64,000 bases of DNA from Eledone cirrhosa (lineage: Eukaryota), in assembly GCA_964016885.1 (NCBI GenBank), contig OZ024743.1, positions 73,904,001-73,968,000 on the forward strand. The letters are read 5' to 3'. This document shows positions 40,723 through 59,851 of the stretch, one piece after another; position 1 is the first letter of the stretch, and each line of letters opens with the position of its first letter. A program made the translations under genes and the position numbers. The notes below the pieces were generated by a model, which worked only from the letters and a program-made list of their open reading frames with translations, did no database searches and was not told the DNA's origin.

Positions 40723-40761
40723 ATATATATGTATATATATATGCATATATGTATATATGTA

Positions 40762-40859
<98 letters not shown>

Positions 40860-41003
40860 AAAGTTATATTTGCAAAAGTTATATTTAATTTGTTGAGATT
40901 CAACAAGCTTAAAGTTTTATAACTGTTATAAAGCACTCAACAAGTTACTGGAGTAAATATTCAATATATTAATAAATGGATACTATATTTATAAAACCAT
41001 AAT

Positions 41004-41069
41004 TATTTTATTATATATATTTCAAGGGCAACCAAGGCAAATTTTGGTGCACTTTCATCAGATAAAATA
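41004..41069 (-). ncRNA. Type I hammerhead ribozyme, family B, within a 3'-end fragment at about 40857-41100
   Basis: Minus strand tattttat-CTGATGA-aag...ctt-GAAA-tatata-TA-ataaaata. Confidence 0.8.
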
Positions 41070-41140
41070 CAAAATTTGTTTTATAAATATTGATATACCC
41101 GCGGAACAAACAACCTTGTCGGTTGGAGTTTCTCTGGATA

Positions 41141-41182
<42 letters not shown>

Positions 41183-41391
41183 CGTTTCTGAATTTGTTTA
41201 GCAAGATTCTTTATCTGAAATCGTGTGTTGAAACCGATATTGTTATACTTTGGGAGGGTCATGTTGCCAATAAGAAACACACGCACCAGTTGTTTCACTT
41301 CAATTTATTATAATAAATTTATAATAAGTTTATAAATTTATAAATTTCTGGTTGGTTGGTTGGTTCCACAACCAGATAGTTGTTTATATAT

Positions 41392-41436
41392 AGTCATAGT
41401 TCTTTCGTCACACACTCTGTAACCTCTTCAGTGACT
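41392..41436 (-). ncRNA. Minimal type I hammerhead, family E
   Basis: Mirror of 42870-42914. Confidence 0.72.
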
Positions 41437-42869
41437 GGGGATTCCTTTCTTTGTTTCTGTGCCTCTCCTTTGTTCTGTCCTACGCCATTTTGTTTCTGTG
41501 TGTGTGTTGTGTGCTCAGTCTGCGCATGCGCCACATCCGGGTGTCTGTGTGTGTTTATGTTCATTTATTTATTTGTTTATTTACATGTTACTGGTTGGTT
41601 GTTTCTTCTATGTGTGTGTGTGTGTTTTCAATTTGTCCTTAATTGTAAGTTGTGATGTTGCTGTTCCACTCATATTTTCTATTTAATTTTGGTTGTAATT
41701 CTTTTATGTTTATTGCCTCTGTAATTTGTCTAAACATTGCGTCTTTTCTGTGTGTAGATTCTATTTTTATTTCTATGTTCTCTAATTTACCCTTGTGTTC
41801 TATTTTAGCATGTTGGTAGAGTACAGATGATTCTTTACTATCTTGAAGGTCTCGCCAGTGTTCATTTATCCGTTCCCCTACACTACGAGCTGTCTCACCT
41901 ATGTACACTATATTTTTGTCTCTACATTGTCCTTCAGTACATCTTATGCTATACACTACATTTCCAATTTTACAGTTAATATGGGGGCTTATTTTACAGG
42001 TTATACATTTCTTATCTATACATGAGGGTCTTTGGAAAGGGTATGTCTTGCTAATAAGTGTTTTCACGGAGGTACCTGGTCTTTCTACTATCTTAATATT
42101 AACTTTATGTTTATTTAGGGCCCTTCTAAATTTGTATCTAATTCACCTCTACGGGTTGTATCGATGAACATTACACTCTGGTATTTATTGCTATCATACC
42201 ATGAGTTTATTCTATTAGCCTTATTCCTAGTTCTTTCTATTCTATTCCAAAATTTGCTCCTATACAAGGGGCAGGTCCCATTTATGTCATTATTTACCAT
42301 TTTTTCCCATTTGGTTCTGGCTCCTCTATACACTCTGATTTTATCTCTCTGATTGTAGCCAGAGAACTGCATACGGTGGATGAAGTGTTGTATGTGTCTC
42401 TCTAGTTCTTCGAGGTTGCACATGCGGGACACGTTTCTCATCACCCGTACCAAATCCGCAATCAAGATAGTAAAGAATCATCTGTACTCTACCAACATGC
42501 TAAAATAGAACACAAGGGTAAATTAGAGAACATAGAAATAAAAATAGAATCTACACACAGAAAAGACGCAATGTTTAGACAAATTACAGAGGCAATAAAC
42601 ATAAAAGAATTACAACCAAAATTAAATAGAAAATATGAGTCGAACAGCAACATCACAACTTACAATTAAGGACAAAATGAAAACACACACACACATAGAA
42701 GAAACAACCAACCAGTAACATGTAAATAAACAAATAAATAAATGAACATAAACACACACAGACACCCGGATGTGGCGCATGCGCAGACTGAGCACACAAC
42801 ACACACACAGAAACAAAATGGCGTAGGACAGAACAAAGGAGGGGCACAGAAACAAAGAAAGGAATCCCC

Positions 42870-42914
42870 AGTCACTGAAGAGGTCACAGAGTGTGTGACG
42901 AAAGAACTATGACT
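42870..42914 (+). ncRNA. Minimal type I hammerhead, family E
   Basis: agtca-CTGAAGA-g-gtcaca(gagtg)tgtgac-GAAA-gaac-TA-tgact. Confidence 0.75.
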
Positions 42915-43062
42915 ATATATAAACAACTATCTGGTTGTGGAACCAAACAACCAACCAGAAATTTATAAATTTATAAACTTATTATAAATTTATTATAATA
43001 AATTGAAGTGAAAGCAACTGGTGCGTGTGTTTCTTATTGCCAACATGACCCTTCCAAAGTAT

Positions 43063-43099
<37 letters not shown>

Positions 43100-43171
43100 C
43101 AATACCCCGACGGCAGAGCTCAAGCCGTTTCGACGGCTATATATATATATATATATATATATATGGAGAGA

Positions 43172-43284
<113 letters not shown>

Positions 43285-43567
43285 ATCGTATAATCCGTTG
43301 ACATTTTTGTAAACAGACGTAAAGCACTCTACGATTTGTATTCCTTAGGATATTCTCGGTAAGGTATCAACCGGAGTTTCAATATTATGTATACGGGAGA
43401 CGGTTTTATTCGTACATCTTTTTATTACATAATTCTATTATAAGTATTTTGAAGATGTTACAGTGGTTACCTAATCTTCTTACATGTTCTCATCAGATAG
43501 TTTAAGACGTATGATCTTAATGTTTTGACATTATACTGATTTCTCGTGGTGTTTACATCGCTGCCCA

Positions 43568-43635
<68 letters not shown>

Positions 43636-43830
43636 GTATATATATATATGTATATATGTATATAGGTATATATATATATTGCTATACTTTGGGAGGGTCA
43701 TGTTGCCAATAAGAAACACACGCACCAGTTGCTTTCACTTCAATGTATTATAATAAATTTATAAATTTAGGAATTTATAAATTTCCGGTTGGTTGGTTAG
43801 GTTCCACAACCAGATGGTTGTTTATATATT

Positions 43831-43874
43831 GTCAAAGTTCTTTCGTCACACATTCTGTGACCTCTTCAGTGACT
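43831..43874 (-). ncRNA. Minimal type I hammerhead, family E
   Basis: Minus strand gtca-CTGAAGA-ggtcacagaatgtgtgac-GAAA-gaac-TT-tgac. Confidence 0.7.
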
Positions 43875-44540
43875 GGGGATTCTTTTCTTTGTTTTTGTGC
43901 CTCTCCTTTGTTCTGTCCTACGCCATCTTGTTTCTGTGTGTGTGTTGTGTGCTCAGTCTGCGCATGCGCCACATCCGGGTGTCTGTGTGTGTTTATATTC
44001 GTTTATTTATTTGTTTATTTACATGTTACAGGTTGGTTGTTTGTTCTATGTGCGTGTGTGTTTTCATTTTGTCCTTAATTGTAAGTTGTGATGTTGTATA
44101 AATGTATAAATGAACACTGGTGAGACCTTCAAGATAGTAAAGAATCATCTGTACTCTACCAACATGCTAAAATAGAACATAAGGGTAAATTAGAGAACAT
44201 AGAAATAAAAATAGAATTTACACACAGAAAAGACGCAATGTTTAGACAAATCACAGAGGTAATAAACATAAAAGAATTACAACCAAAATTAAATAGAAAA
44301 TATGAGTGGAACAGCAACATCACAACTTACAATTAAGGACAAAATGAAAACACACACGCACATAGAACAAACAACCAACCTGTAACATATAAATAAACAC
44401 ATAAATAAACGAATATAAACACACACAGACACCCGGATGTGGCGCATGCGCAGACTGAGCACACAACACACACACACACAGAAACAAGATGGCGTAGGAC
44501 AGAACAAAAGAGAGGCACAAAAACAAAGAAAAGAATCCCC

Positions 44541-44584
44541 AGTCACTGAAGAGGTCACAGAATGTGTGACGAAAGAATTTTGAC
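44541..44584 (+). ncRNA. Minimal type I hammerhead, family E
   Basis: gtca-CTGAAGA-ggtcacagaatgtgtgac-GAAA-gaat-TT-tgac. Confidence 0.68.
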
Positions 44585-44793
44585 AATATATAAACAACCA
44601 TCTGGTTGTGGAACCAACCAACCAACCAGAAATTTATAAATTCCTAAATTTATAAATTTATTATAATAAATTGAAGTGAAAGCAACTGGTACGTGTTGTT
44701 TCTTATTGGCAACATGACCCTCCCAAAGTATAACAATATCGGTTTCAACACACGTTTTCAGATAAAGAATCTTGCTAAACAAATTCAGAAACG

Positions 44794-44833
<40 letters not shown>

Positions 44834-46159
44834 AAATGAAGTAATTCCGTCGGAAAAGTCCTGGAAAAAAGAGTGATTTATAATCTGTATCTATGTGTCT
44901 GAGTGTGCTTATGTGTGTATACGTTCTGTATATGTATACGAACGCCTCCGTATGTGTGCGTGCGTACGTATATATATGTGTGTGTATGTGTGTTTTTATA
45001 TCTATGTTTTTTTTATATCTATGTTTTTTACATTCTTATTTTTACGTGTGTGTGTATGTGGGTGAATGTATGTGTATGTGTCTGTATATGTGTATATATG
45101 TATATGTATGTATGGGTGTGTATGTATATGTGTATATATATAGTCGCGTACGTACGTGTGATTAGATATATATGGGGCGATATATATATACGTGCTTCGT
45201 GTGTATGTACGCATGCATGCGCTTTTGTCTGTGCGTATTTGTGTGTATAAATATTTTTTTATATATATATGTGTATGTACGTGCGTACCTATGTTTGTTT
45301 TCTTTTCTCTAGTGTTAATTGATTACTTTCTCTTTGATTTAAAAATGTTTTCATTCTCATATATTGTTTCATTTTTATACATATATCGAGAATGACACTT
45401 CTTTTTACTATTACACTCCCTTCCCTCTTTATCTTCCGCATATAAGTGACCGTGGTGTGTGTGTGTTTATACGCGTGCTTTCATACTGGTATGTGTATTT
45501 AATACCTGTATCTGGATGCGAGTCAACTATATTATCATTTTCTTTTTCAACTCATATTATATATGTATTTGTGGTCACATATACACAAATATACTTGCCC
45601 TCATATATGTACTTACGCACACATTTTCACCATACACATGCATTTGTACATACACACATATGTACATTTGTGAATGTATATACATACATATACACATACC
45701 CTAACTATATTTCCTTATAATTTTTAATATATTTTTTAATATATTTTTTAATATATTTTTTTTAATATTTTTTTTATATATCTCTTGCATTACTTTTATT
45801 TATATATTTTTTGCATTTCTTGAGGAGACTTTACAAATATTTTACTATGTTTTAAATTGCCTTGTCCGACGAACGAATGAGGACGTTTTTCGTATTCGTC
45901 TTGTTCGAGAAACATCTGGTAATGACGTAATTATATTGTATTGTTTATTATACATTAAATTTTGCTCTGGTACTTACACAGAGCACTCTTCACTCCTATG
46001 ACTTTTTCAATTTTCAACGGAAACTTCAATACTTATATATATATATAGAGAGAGTGAGAGAGATTAGTTCAGCATACCGAGAACAATTGTTTCACCATAT
46101 GCCAAACTCGTCCCATGGACTGAGTGCTCTACCACTACGGATATTACCTTCCAGTGTTC

Positions 46160-46331
<172 letters not shown>

Positions 46332-46509
46332 ACAAAGAGGGTGTGGTAAGATACCAGGTGGATCATAACTCACCAGAGTACTCGATACCTGGGGTAGTAG
46401 AGCGGGTAATATGAAAATATTCAGGACCCTGACGGTGGGGTCCTGACTCCTATATATATGTGTATATGTATATATATATATACACACACCCACACATACG
46501 AACCCCCCC

Positions 46510-46561
<52 letters not shown>

Positions 46562-46895
46562 GGGGCTGCAGATCTAGAGGCATAGTAAGGTTTATACATA
46601 CCAGTATTACCAGAGCGCAGAATAACATGCTTTGCGGAATAGAGTTACGCCATTTACGTTCTAAATTCTGAGGTTAGCTTTGTCTTTCATCCATACGGGA
46701 TCAATAAAAAAGCATCAGTAATGCTCTGGGGTCAATTTAATTGACTTTTCCCCCCAAAAAAATTGTGGTCTTGTGCCTATAGTAAAAATAATTTTATTAG
46801 TAGTGTTAGGATCCATTTATTACTAGAATAAATTTATTTCATTAAAATCATTATTGCTAATTTTAATATTTTTATTTTCATGATTATTATTATAA

Positions 46896-47707
46896 TATAT
46901 CTATTATAATACATCTATTATAATACATCTGTTATAATACATCTGTTATAATACATCTATTATAATAACCCTGTTATAATACATCTGATATAACACATCT
47001 CTTATAATACATCTGTTATAATACATCTGTTATAATACATCTGTTATAATACATCTCTTATAATACATCTGTTATAATACATCTGGTATAATACATCTCT
47101 TATAATACATCTGTTATAATGGATCTGGTATAATACATCTGTTATAATACATCTGTTATAATACATCTGTTATAATACATCTGTTATAATACATCTGGTA
47201 TAATACATCTGTTATAATACATCTGTTATAATACATACGTTATAATACATCTGTTATAATACATCTATTATAATAACTGTTTCTACTTTAGGCACAAGGC
47301 CAGCAATTACCCGGTGCATTACTGGTACTTTATTTTATCGACCCCGTAAGGATGAAAGGCAAAGTCAACCTCGGCGGGATTTGAACTCAGATCGTAAAGG
47401 GACGTAACTATGCTGGAAAGCATGGCGTCCGACCCTCTACTGATACTGCCAATCCACCGAATAACCCTGTTATAATACATCCGTTATAATATATTTGGTA
47501 TAATACATCTGTTATAATACATCTGTTATAATACATCTGGTATAATACATCTGGTATAATTCATCTGTTATAATACATCTGTTATAATACATCTGTTATA
47601 ATACATCTGGTATAATACATCTGTTATAATACATCTGTTATAATACATCTATTATAATAACCCTGTTATAATACATCTGGTATAATACATCTGATATAAT
47701 ACATCTG
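46896..47707. repeat. 14-bp minisatellite (TATAATACATCTGT)n interrupted by a SINE
   Basis: Direct inspection. Confidence 0.95.
47273..47459 (-). mobile_element. tRNA-derived SINE (family 1) inserted in the minisatellite
   Basis: Reverse complement of the 27442 copy. Confidence 0.9.
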
Positions 47708-47862
47708 GTGAGAGTGTGAGAGAGAGAGAGAGAGAGAAAGAGAAAGAGAGAGAGATGGGAGAGAGATGAGAGAGAGGGGAGAGAGAAGAGATGAGAGAGA
47801 GAGAGAGAAAGAGAGAGATGGTAGAGAGAGGAGAGAGAGAGGAGATGGATAGAGAGAGAGAT

Positions 47863-47949
<87 letters not shown>

Positions 47950-48136
47950 TGTTAGAGGAAGTGAGAAGGGGACACAAAGAAATAATCAATCCCAGTACTA
48001 GACTGAAACTATATCAACATGGAAAGGGTGAAAGATAAAGTCGACCTGGACACGTGATATGAATATTTAAAGCGCTGAGAGTCGGAATACCGCGAAGTAT
48101 TCTATCGAACATTCTTACCACTAATACGTATGTATT

Positions 48137-48531
48137 ATAATTGTTTCTACTTTTGGCACAAGGCCAGCAATTACCCCAGTGCATTACTGGTACTTTATTT
48201 TATCGACCTCGTAAGGATGAAAGGCAAAGTTCACCTCGGCGGGATTTGAACTCAGACCATAAAGGGACGTAACTCTTTGCTGCAAAGCATGGCGTCCGAC
48301 TCTCTACCGATACTGCCAATCCATACGTATGTATTATAATGGCGGTGGATTCGCAGTATCGGTAGAAGGTCGGACAACATGCTTCGTAGCAGAGAGTTAC
48401 GGACATTGCCATTCTGCGTTCAAATCCTGCCGAGGTTAACTTTGCCTTTCATCCTTACGGGATCGATAAAATAAAGTAGCAGTAATGTAATGGCTAATTG
48501 CTGGCCTTGTGCCAAAAGTAGAAACAATTAT
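48137..48531. mobile_element. Head-to-head pair of family 1 SINEs (48137-48322 minus, 48340-48531 plus)
   Basis: Both match 27442. Duplications atacgtatgtattataat and attataatgg flank them. Confidence 0.9.
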
Positions 48532-48964
48532 AATGGAGTAATTAAAAATGACTACCGTTTTATTATTTTAAGTGTAATGTTTACAAACACAATCATTGGA
48601 CGGATCTTTGCTGAGAATCTATTTGATGATTGCTTTTGTTAGCAGGAACTAAACATTACTGGGAGAGAGGGAGGGGGAGTGCGGGAGAGAGGGTGGTGGT
48701 GGAGAGAGAGGGGGGATAGGCGGGGGATGGGGGGAGAGGGGAGAGAGAAAGAAAGAGAGAGGGGAGAGAGAGAAATAAAGAGAGAAGGGGGAGAGAGAAA
48801 GTGAGAGAGAGGGAGGAGTGAGGGAGAGAGAGAAAGAGGAAGAGAGGGGGAAATGAAGGAGAGAGAGAGAGACAGAGAGATGGGAATGAAATATAGAATC
48901 TGGTAGAAATATGTTTTCAACATTGTTTATCTATAATTGTACTTACAATGGCGTTGTATAGTGT

Positions 48965-49607
48965 ATATAGCTGGGTGTGTAGATATAATGGCTGTTAACA
49001 ACACGGACCATACACTTATAGCTGGGTGTGTAGATATAATGACTAACGTTAACACACCATACACTTATAGCTGGGTGTGTAGATATAATGGCTAACGTTA
49101 ACACACCATACACTTATAGCTGGGTGTGTAGATATAATGGCTAACGTTAACACACCATACACTTATAGCTGGGTGTGTAGATATAATGGCTAACGTTAAC
49201 ACACCATACACTTATAGCTGGGTGTGTAGATATAATGACTAACGTTAACACACCATACACTTATAGCTGTGTGTGTAGATATAATGACTACGTTAACACA
49301 CCATACACTTATAGCTGGGTGTGTAGATATAATGACTAACGTTAACACACCATACACTTATAGCTGGGTGTGTAGATATAATGACTAACGTTAACACACC
49401 ATACACTTATAGCTGGGTGTGTGGATATAATGACTACGTTAACACACCATACACTTATAGCTGGGTGTGTAGATATAATGACTAACGTTAACACACCATA
49501 CACTTACAGCTGGGTGTGTGGATATAATGACTTACGTTAACACACCATACACTTATAGCTGGGTGTGTAGATATAATGGCTGTTAACAGTACGGCCATAC
49601 ACTTATA
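48965..49607. repeat. 49-bp minisatellite, about 13 copies
   Basis: Unit tatagctgggtgtgtagatataatgactaacgttaacacaccatacact. Confidence 0.95.
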
Positions 49608-49809
49608 GAACAGAAGACTTTTTGAACTATTATATTATACTAAATTATTGTGGATTGGCAGTATCGATGGAGCTTCAGACACCATGCTTCGTAGCATAGA
49701 GTTACGACTCTTTACGTTCTGAGTTCAAATACCACTGACGATAGCTTTCCCTTTCATCCTTTTGGGTCGATGTCCTGTAGAAGCCATTTCTATATTAAAT
49801 TTTCTTATA

Positions 49810-55065
<5,256 letters not shown>

Positions 55066-55271
55066 TAATATGGAAAACGAAGAATCAGTGATGCATCGGA
55101 ACATATTTCTCCGGTGAACAGCTGAAGGTGCGATCTGATTGTGGATCGAACCGGACTCTGGATTCTCAAGTTCCTCAGACACATCTAGTGATCTCGAAGC
55201 AATTCTTCTCCGAAGGAGCATAGAGGGCTTAACCGGCATACCGCCTATCGACGCACCCAAGCAACCTTACT

Positions 55272-55399
<128 letters not shown>

Positions 55400-55432
55400 T
55401 ATTTTCCGTTGTGTTGTAATATATTACTGGTT

Positions 55433-55490
<58 letters not shown>

Positions 55491-55494
<4 letters not shown>

Positions 55495-55649
55495 AACCAG
55501 TAAGACCCCGACAGCTGAGCTCAAGCCGTTTCGACGGCTTGAGCTCAGCTGTCGGGGTCTTACTGGTTCCTATTACCCACTCTACTACCTCAAGTATTGA
55601 GTACTTTGGTGCGTTATGGTCCACCTGGTTCCTTACCACATTTCCTTCG

Positions 55650-55651
<2 letters not shown>
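55491..55651. mobile_element. Minimal family A fold-back (39-bp arms plus ~80-nt tail) in (TA)n
   Basis: taggaacc...aagccgt-ttcg-acggctt...ggttccta followed by the tail. Confidence 0.9.
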
Positions 55652-55700
<49 letters not shown>

Positions 55701-55935
55701 AGGATTGGTGCTCTCAAATAGCGATATATACATGAATGTATGTATAGTATATTTGGTAATATACCGTATGTTTAATTAAAAACATTTTGAAGACTTTGCG
55801 CTATCATTTTAAAGTAGTGACTATGTCACTTACTTCTTTTTTCGGCAAAGGAAGTTAGAGAAGCTGTCAGATTCTGTTTCACACTGTTGGTGATCATCAG
55901 AGCAACGTACTAGCAGAAAAAATAAAAAAAAATAA

Positions 55936-56240
<305 letters not shown>

Positions 56241-56516
56241 ATATATATATATATATATAAGGGATAACAAAATATCGTTATAGGTAATCTAGTTAGAGGT
56301 TGTGAATACTTCTTATTATGGATAGTCTTAGCGTACGGCTTTGTTTGACTCAACAAGAGGTTTACGTAGGTGACGAGTTTATGATTTAACTTGTATTCCT
56401 ACGTAAGTTTATCTTGGAGTAATAACATTGAAAAAATGTGAAGAATAACATGGTGAACTGTACAAAAAATGGAATTTATTTACAGACTACCAATTGTTTC
56501 TCTTATTGAGTTGTCT

Positions 56517-56662
56517 GAAAATTGCTGAACGCTAGAAGCAGTGCCACTCAATTTTAATACGATGCTAGCTCAATCAATTTTAAATACGGTGCTAGCTCAT
56601 TGATTGAGCTAGCATCGTATTTAAAGTTGAGTGGAACTGCTTCTAGTGTTCAGCAATTTTTT
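56517..56662. repeat. Imperfect inverted repeat (hairpin)
   Basis: aaaattgctgaacgctagaagcag...ctgcttctagtgttcagcaatttt. Confidence 0.8.
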
Positions 56663-56727
56663 CAATTATATACACACACACGCACACACACACACATATA
56701 TATACACACATATATATATATATATAT

Positions 56728-57021
56728 AAAGAAGAATAGATGAAATCGAAAATGCAACTGGAGTCTTATTTTTTTTTATTAAATATATATATTTATTTGA
56801 TTCCTTTGCGGGTTTCGCAGTTCTTCTTTTTTCAAAAGTAGAGTTGAGATGGAGGGTGTGTGGTTTTTCTCACATCAGATGTGAGAAAAACCACAGACCC
56901 TCCATCTCAACTCTACTTTTGAAAAGCAGAAGACCTGCGAAACCGGTAAAGGAACCAAATAAATATATATATATTTTTTTTAAACAAGACTCCAGTTACA
57001 TTTTCGATTTCATCTTTTTTT

Positions 57022-57025
<4 letters not shown>
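56728..57025. repeat. About 300-bp imperfect palindrome between (TA)n tracts, with an HHR 3'-half-like GAAA-ccgg-TA
   Basis: Centre tctcacatc-a-gatgtgaga near 56877. Confidence 0.85.
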
Positions 57026-57084
<59 letters not shown>

Positions 57085-57433
57085 TATATAAATGTATCAT
57101 GATCTTTTACCAGCATAGTAAATACATGTCAGTCTAAATTTCTAAAATTGCCAGACGTTGGACAGTAGAAGTGGAGATATTGAGTAAGATATCTTTTAAC
57201 AATGGAAGCGCTCTCCAAGACGTCATCAGTCCTTTAACAGCTGCCATAATGTAAAATCCTTCTATGTTTAGTTTTCTCTTTAGTCTTCTAATCTCTTTGA
57301 TTAATAAGATTACATTCCACTCGTATTTATTGGTTCATTCCTTGGAGCTTGCATTCATATCCTCTCTTACAATTTTATTCACACATACTCTCACATACAC
57401 ACGCGCACACATACACACACACATATATATATA

Positions 57434-57505
<72 letters not shown>

Positions 57506-57618
57506 CATACATACATATAGATATATAGACATTCATATATATATATATACATATATATATATAAATATATATATGTATATATATATATATATGTATATAT
57601 ATATAATACATACATATA

Positions 57619-57656
<38 letters not shown>

Positions 57657-57711
57657 CATACATATATATACATATATATATATAAATATGTATATATTTA
57701 TATATATATAT

Positions 57712-57830
57712 GAAGGCGTGTGGCTGAGTGGTTAGAGTATTGGATTCACAATCGTGAGTTTGTGAGTTCGATTCCTGTACCAGGCGATGCGTTATGTCCT
57801 TGAGCAAGACACTTTATTTCACGTTGCTCC
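57712..57830 (+). mobile_element. tRNA-derived SINE (family 2)
   Basis: A box tggctgagtggttag, B box gagttcgattcc, core gtccttgagcaagacactttatttcacgttgctcc. Confidence 0.85.
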
Positions 57831-57928
57831 TTCTACCTGGAGTTGCGACCGATAGATAGTATTAGCAATTGGAAAGACCAACGGAAACATAGTTTCCTCG
57901 GTTCGATTTGACGAGAGTCGATCGACTA

Positions 57929-57930
<2 letters not shown>

Positions 57931-57972
<42 letters not shown>

Positions 57973-58005
57973 TTATATATATATATATATACATATGTAT
58001 ATATG

Positions 58006-58037
<32 letters not shown>

Positions 58038-58160
58038 AATACATATGTATATATGTATGTATATATATATATATATATGTGTATCTATATATATAAATAC
58101 ATATGTATATATGTATATATATATATATATATACATATGTATTTATATATATATATACAC

Positions 58161-58193
<33 letters not shown>

Positions 58194-58419
58194 TATATAT
58201 ATATATAAATATATACATAGGTATATATATATATTTATATATATATATATAAATATATATATATACATATATATTATATAAATATATATATATATATATA
58301 TACATTTGTATATATATAAATATATATAAATATATATATACATATGTATATATATAAATATATATATATATATATGTATATATTTATATATATATATACA
58401 TATATCTATATATATATAA

Positions 58420-58452
<33 letters not shown>

Positions 58453-58490
58453 ATTATATATATATATATATATACATATATATTATGTAT
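57931..58490. repeat. Long imperfect (TA)n
   Basis: Direct inspection. Confidence 0.95.
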
Positions 58491-58666
58491 TACTATATAT
58501 TATGTAAATATATGTGTGTGTTTGTGAAATAACGTGAGGTCATAACTATACTCAAAACATCTCGAATTATAATTAAATGTACATTCACAAACGCCGAGAT
58601 TCATGCTCTCATAGAAACACATTCACAATCGCACATCCATATTGGATATGTAGTATTATGCGCATG

Positions 58667-58710
<44 letters not shown>

Positions 58711-59534
58711 TAAGTGCATGGTATGTGTAAGCGTGCGTGTGTCGGTTTCTTTACTTGTGTATGTTAAATAATTTATTCATGAGTCAGAAATTTGAGAATG
58801 TACACTGTAAGAAAATATATAAAAAACATCAGGAATATGGATATAATTAGATATGAATAACACACACACACACACACACACATACATACATATATGGTGG
58901 CTGCCAACTCGTTTTCGAGTACGGCCACTACTTTAAATCCATGTAGGAGAACCCCTACCGATGCGCTGAACGAGTTTGACTTTTTAGTCTAGCCAGCGAC
59001 TTGAAAACTCTGGAACAAACACTACACTTGTGACAATTATTGACACATAGTGCTGGGCCCATGGTACCATGTGACAACAAGTGCATAGAGATCTCCAGAT
59101 ATAAAGCAATGCCTGTGCCGTGAAGCTTTTATAGTGAGCAAGACACTGCACAAAGCCAGTCCCACTCTCTTAACCAAGATGATATTTACCAAAAAGAAGA
59201 ACAAGTCAACATCATTGGATACCGTCAGGGTTGCAGGTGTTATATCAGAGTTTTCCTTCTTCTCGAATTCTGCCTTGACAAAGGCTAAGGGGTCATCTCT
59301 CCCAGTGATTTTGGATGGCCATTGACTCTTAAGAGCTCCTTTGCTTTTTTACAGGTTTTGTTTTTAGTCTTGCAGGATGTCCAAAGTCACCCTCCTCACC
59401 AAGAAACCTTGGTGGGGTTGCCAGTTTAGTCGCCAACGACCCGACCATGAGACAGGTTGTACTGCGATACATGTTACCAGTAGCACCAACATACATATAT
59501 ACATATATACATACATATATACATACATATATAC

Positions 59535-59611
<77 letters not shown>

Positions 59612-59677
59612 TCTTATACTTAAATCTATTTAACATGGCAAAATAAAAGTTTGGGTACACATCGTATCCAATATTTG

Positions 59678-59730
<53 letters not shown>

Positions 59731-59777
59731 AAGGAAAAGCGAAGTAGTTTCAGATGTTCAAGTCCTTTAATAATAAT

Positions 59778-59851
59778 GCTGTGATATATATTTCAATGAC
59801 GACACTGGCCACACTGTTTTGTGTGCGAGTGTCGTGTCATCATCAGACAGC
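59778..59851 (-). ncRNA. Type I hammerhead ribozyme, family G
   Basis: Minus strand gctgt-CTGATGA-tgacacgacact...agtgtcgtcatt-GAAA-tatata-TC-acagc. Confidence 0.82.

Larger units (their letters stand above)
41181..43070. mobile_element. Fold-back PLE family E (Neptune-like) insertion: minus arm with RT thumb, GIY-YIG and tail; shorter plus arm 42462-43070
   Basis: ORF 41639-42067 reads CIDKKCITC...NVVYSIRC...YIGETARSVGERINEH...ITEA...LN. Mirror 3' UTRs. (TA)n flanks. Confidence 0.9.
43676..44797. mobile_element. Second family E fold-back (minus arm without tail, plus arm with tail)
   Basis: Mirror ORFs near 43793-44101 and 44320-44625. (TA)n flanks. Confidence 0.9.

Noticed and set aside
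48965-49607. CRISPR-like look of the 49-bp and 14-bp arrays
   Set aside because: No unique spacers, no cas genes, eukaryotic context; these are plain tandem repeats.
57190-57235. Minus-strand CTGATGA hammerhead candidate
   Set aside because: No GAAA or stem I partner was found.
59290-59470. HDV-like ribozyme in a possible RTE 5' region
   Set aside because: Could not assign P1-P4 or an L3 consensus by eye.
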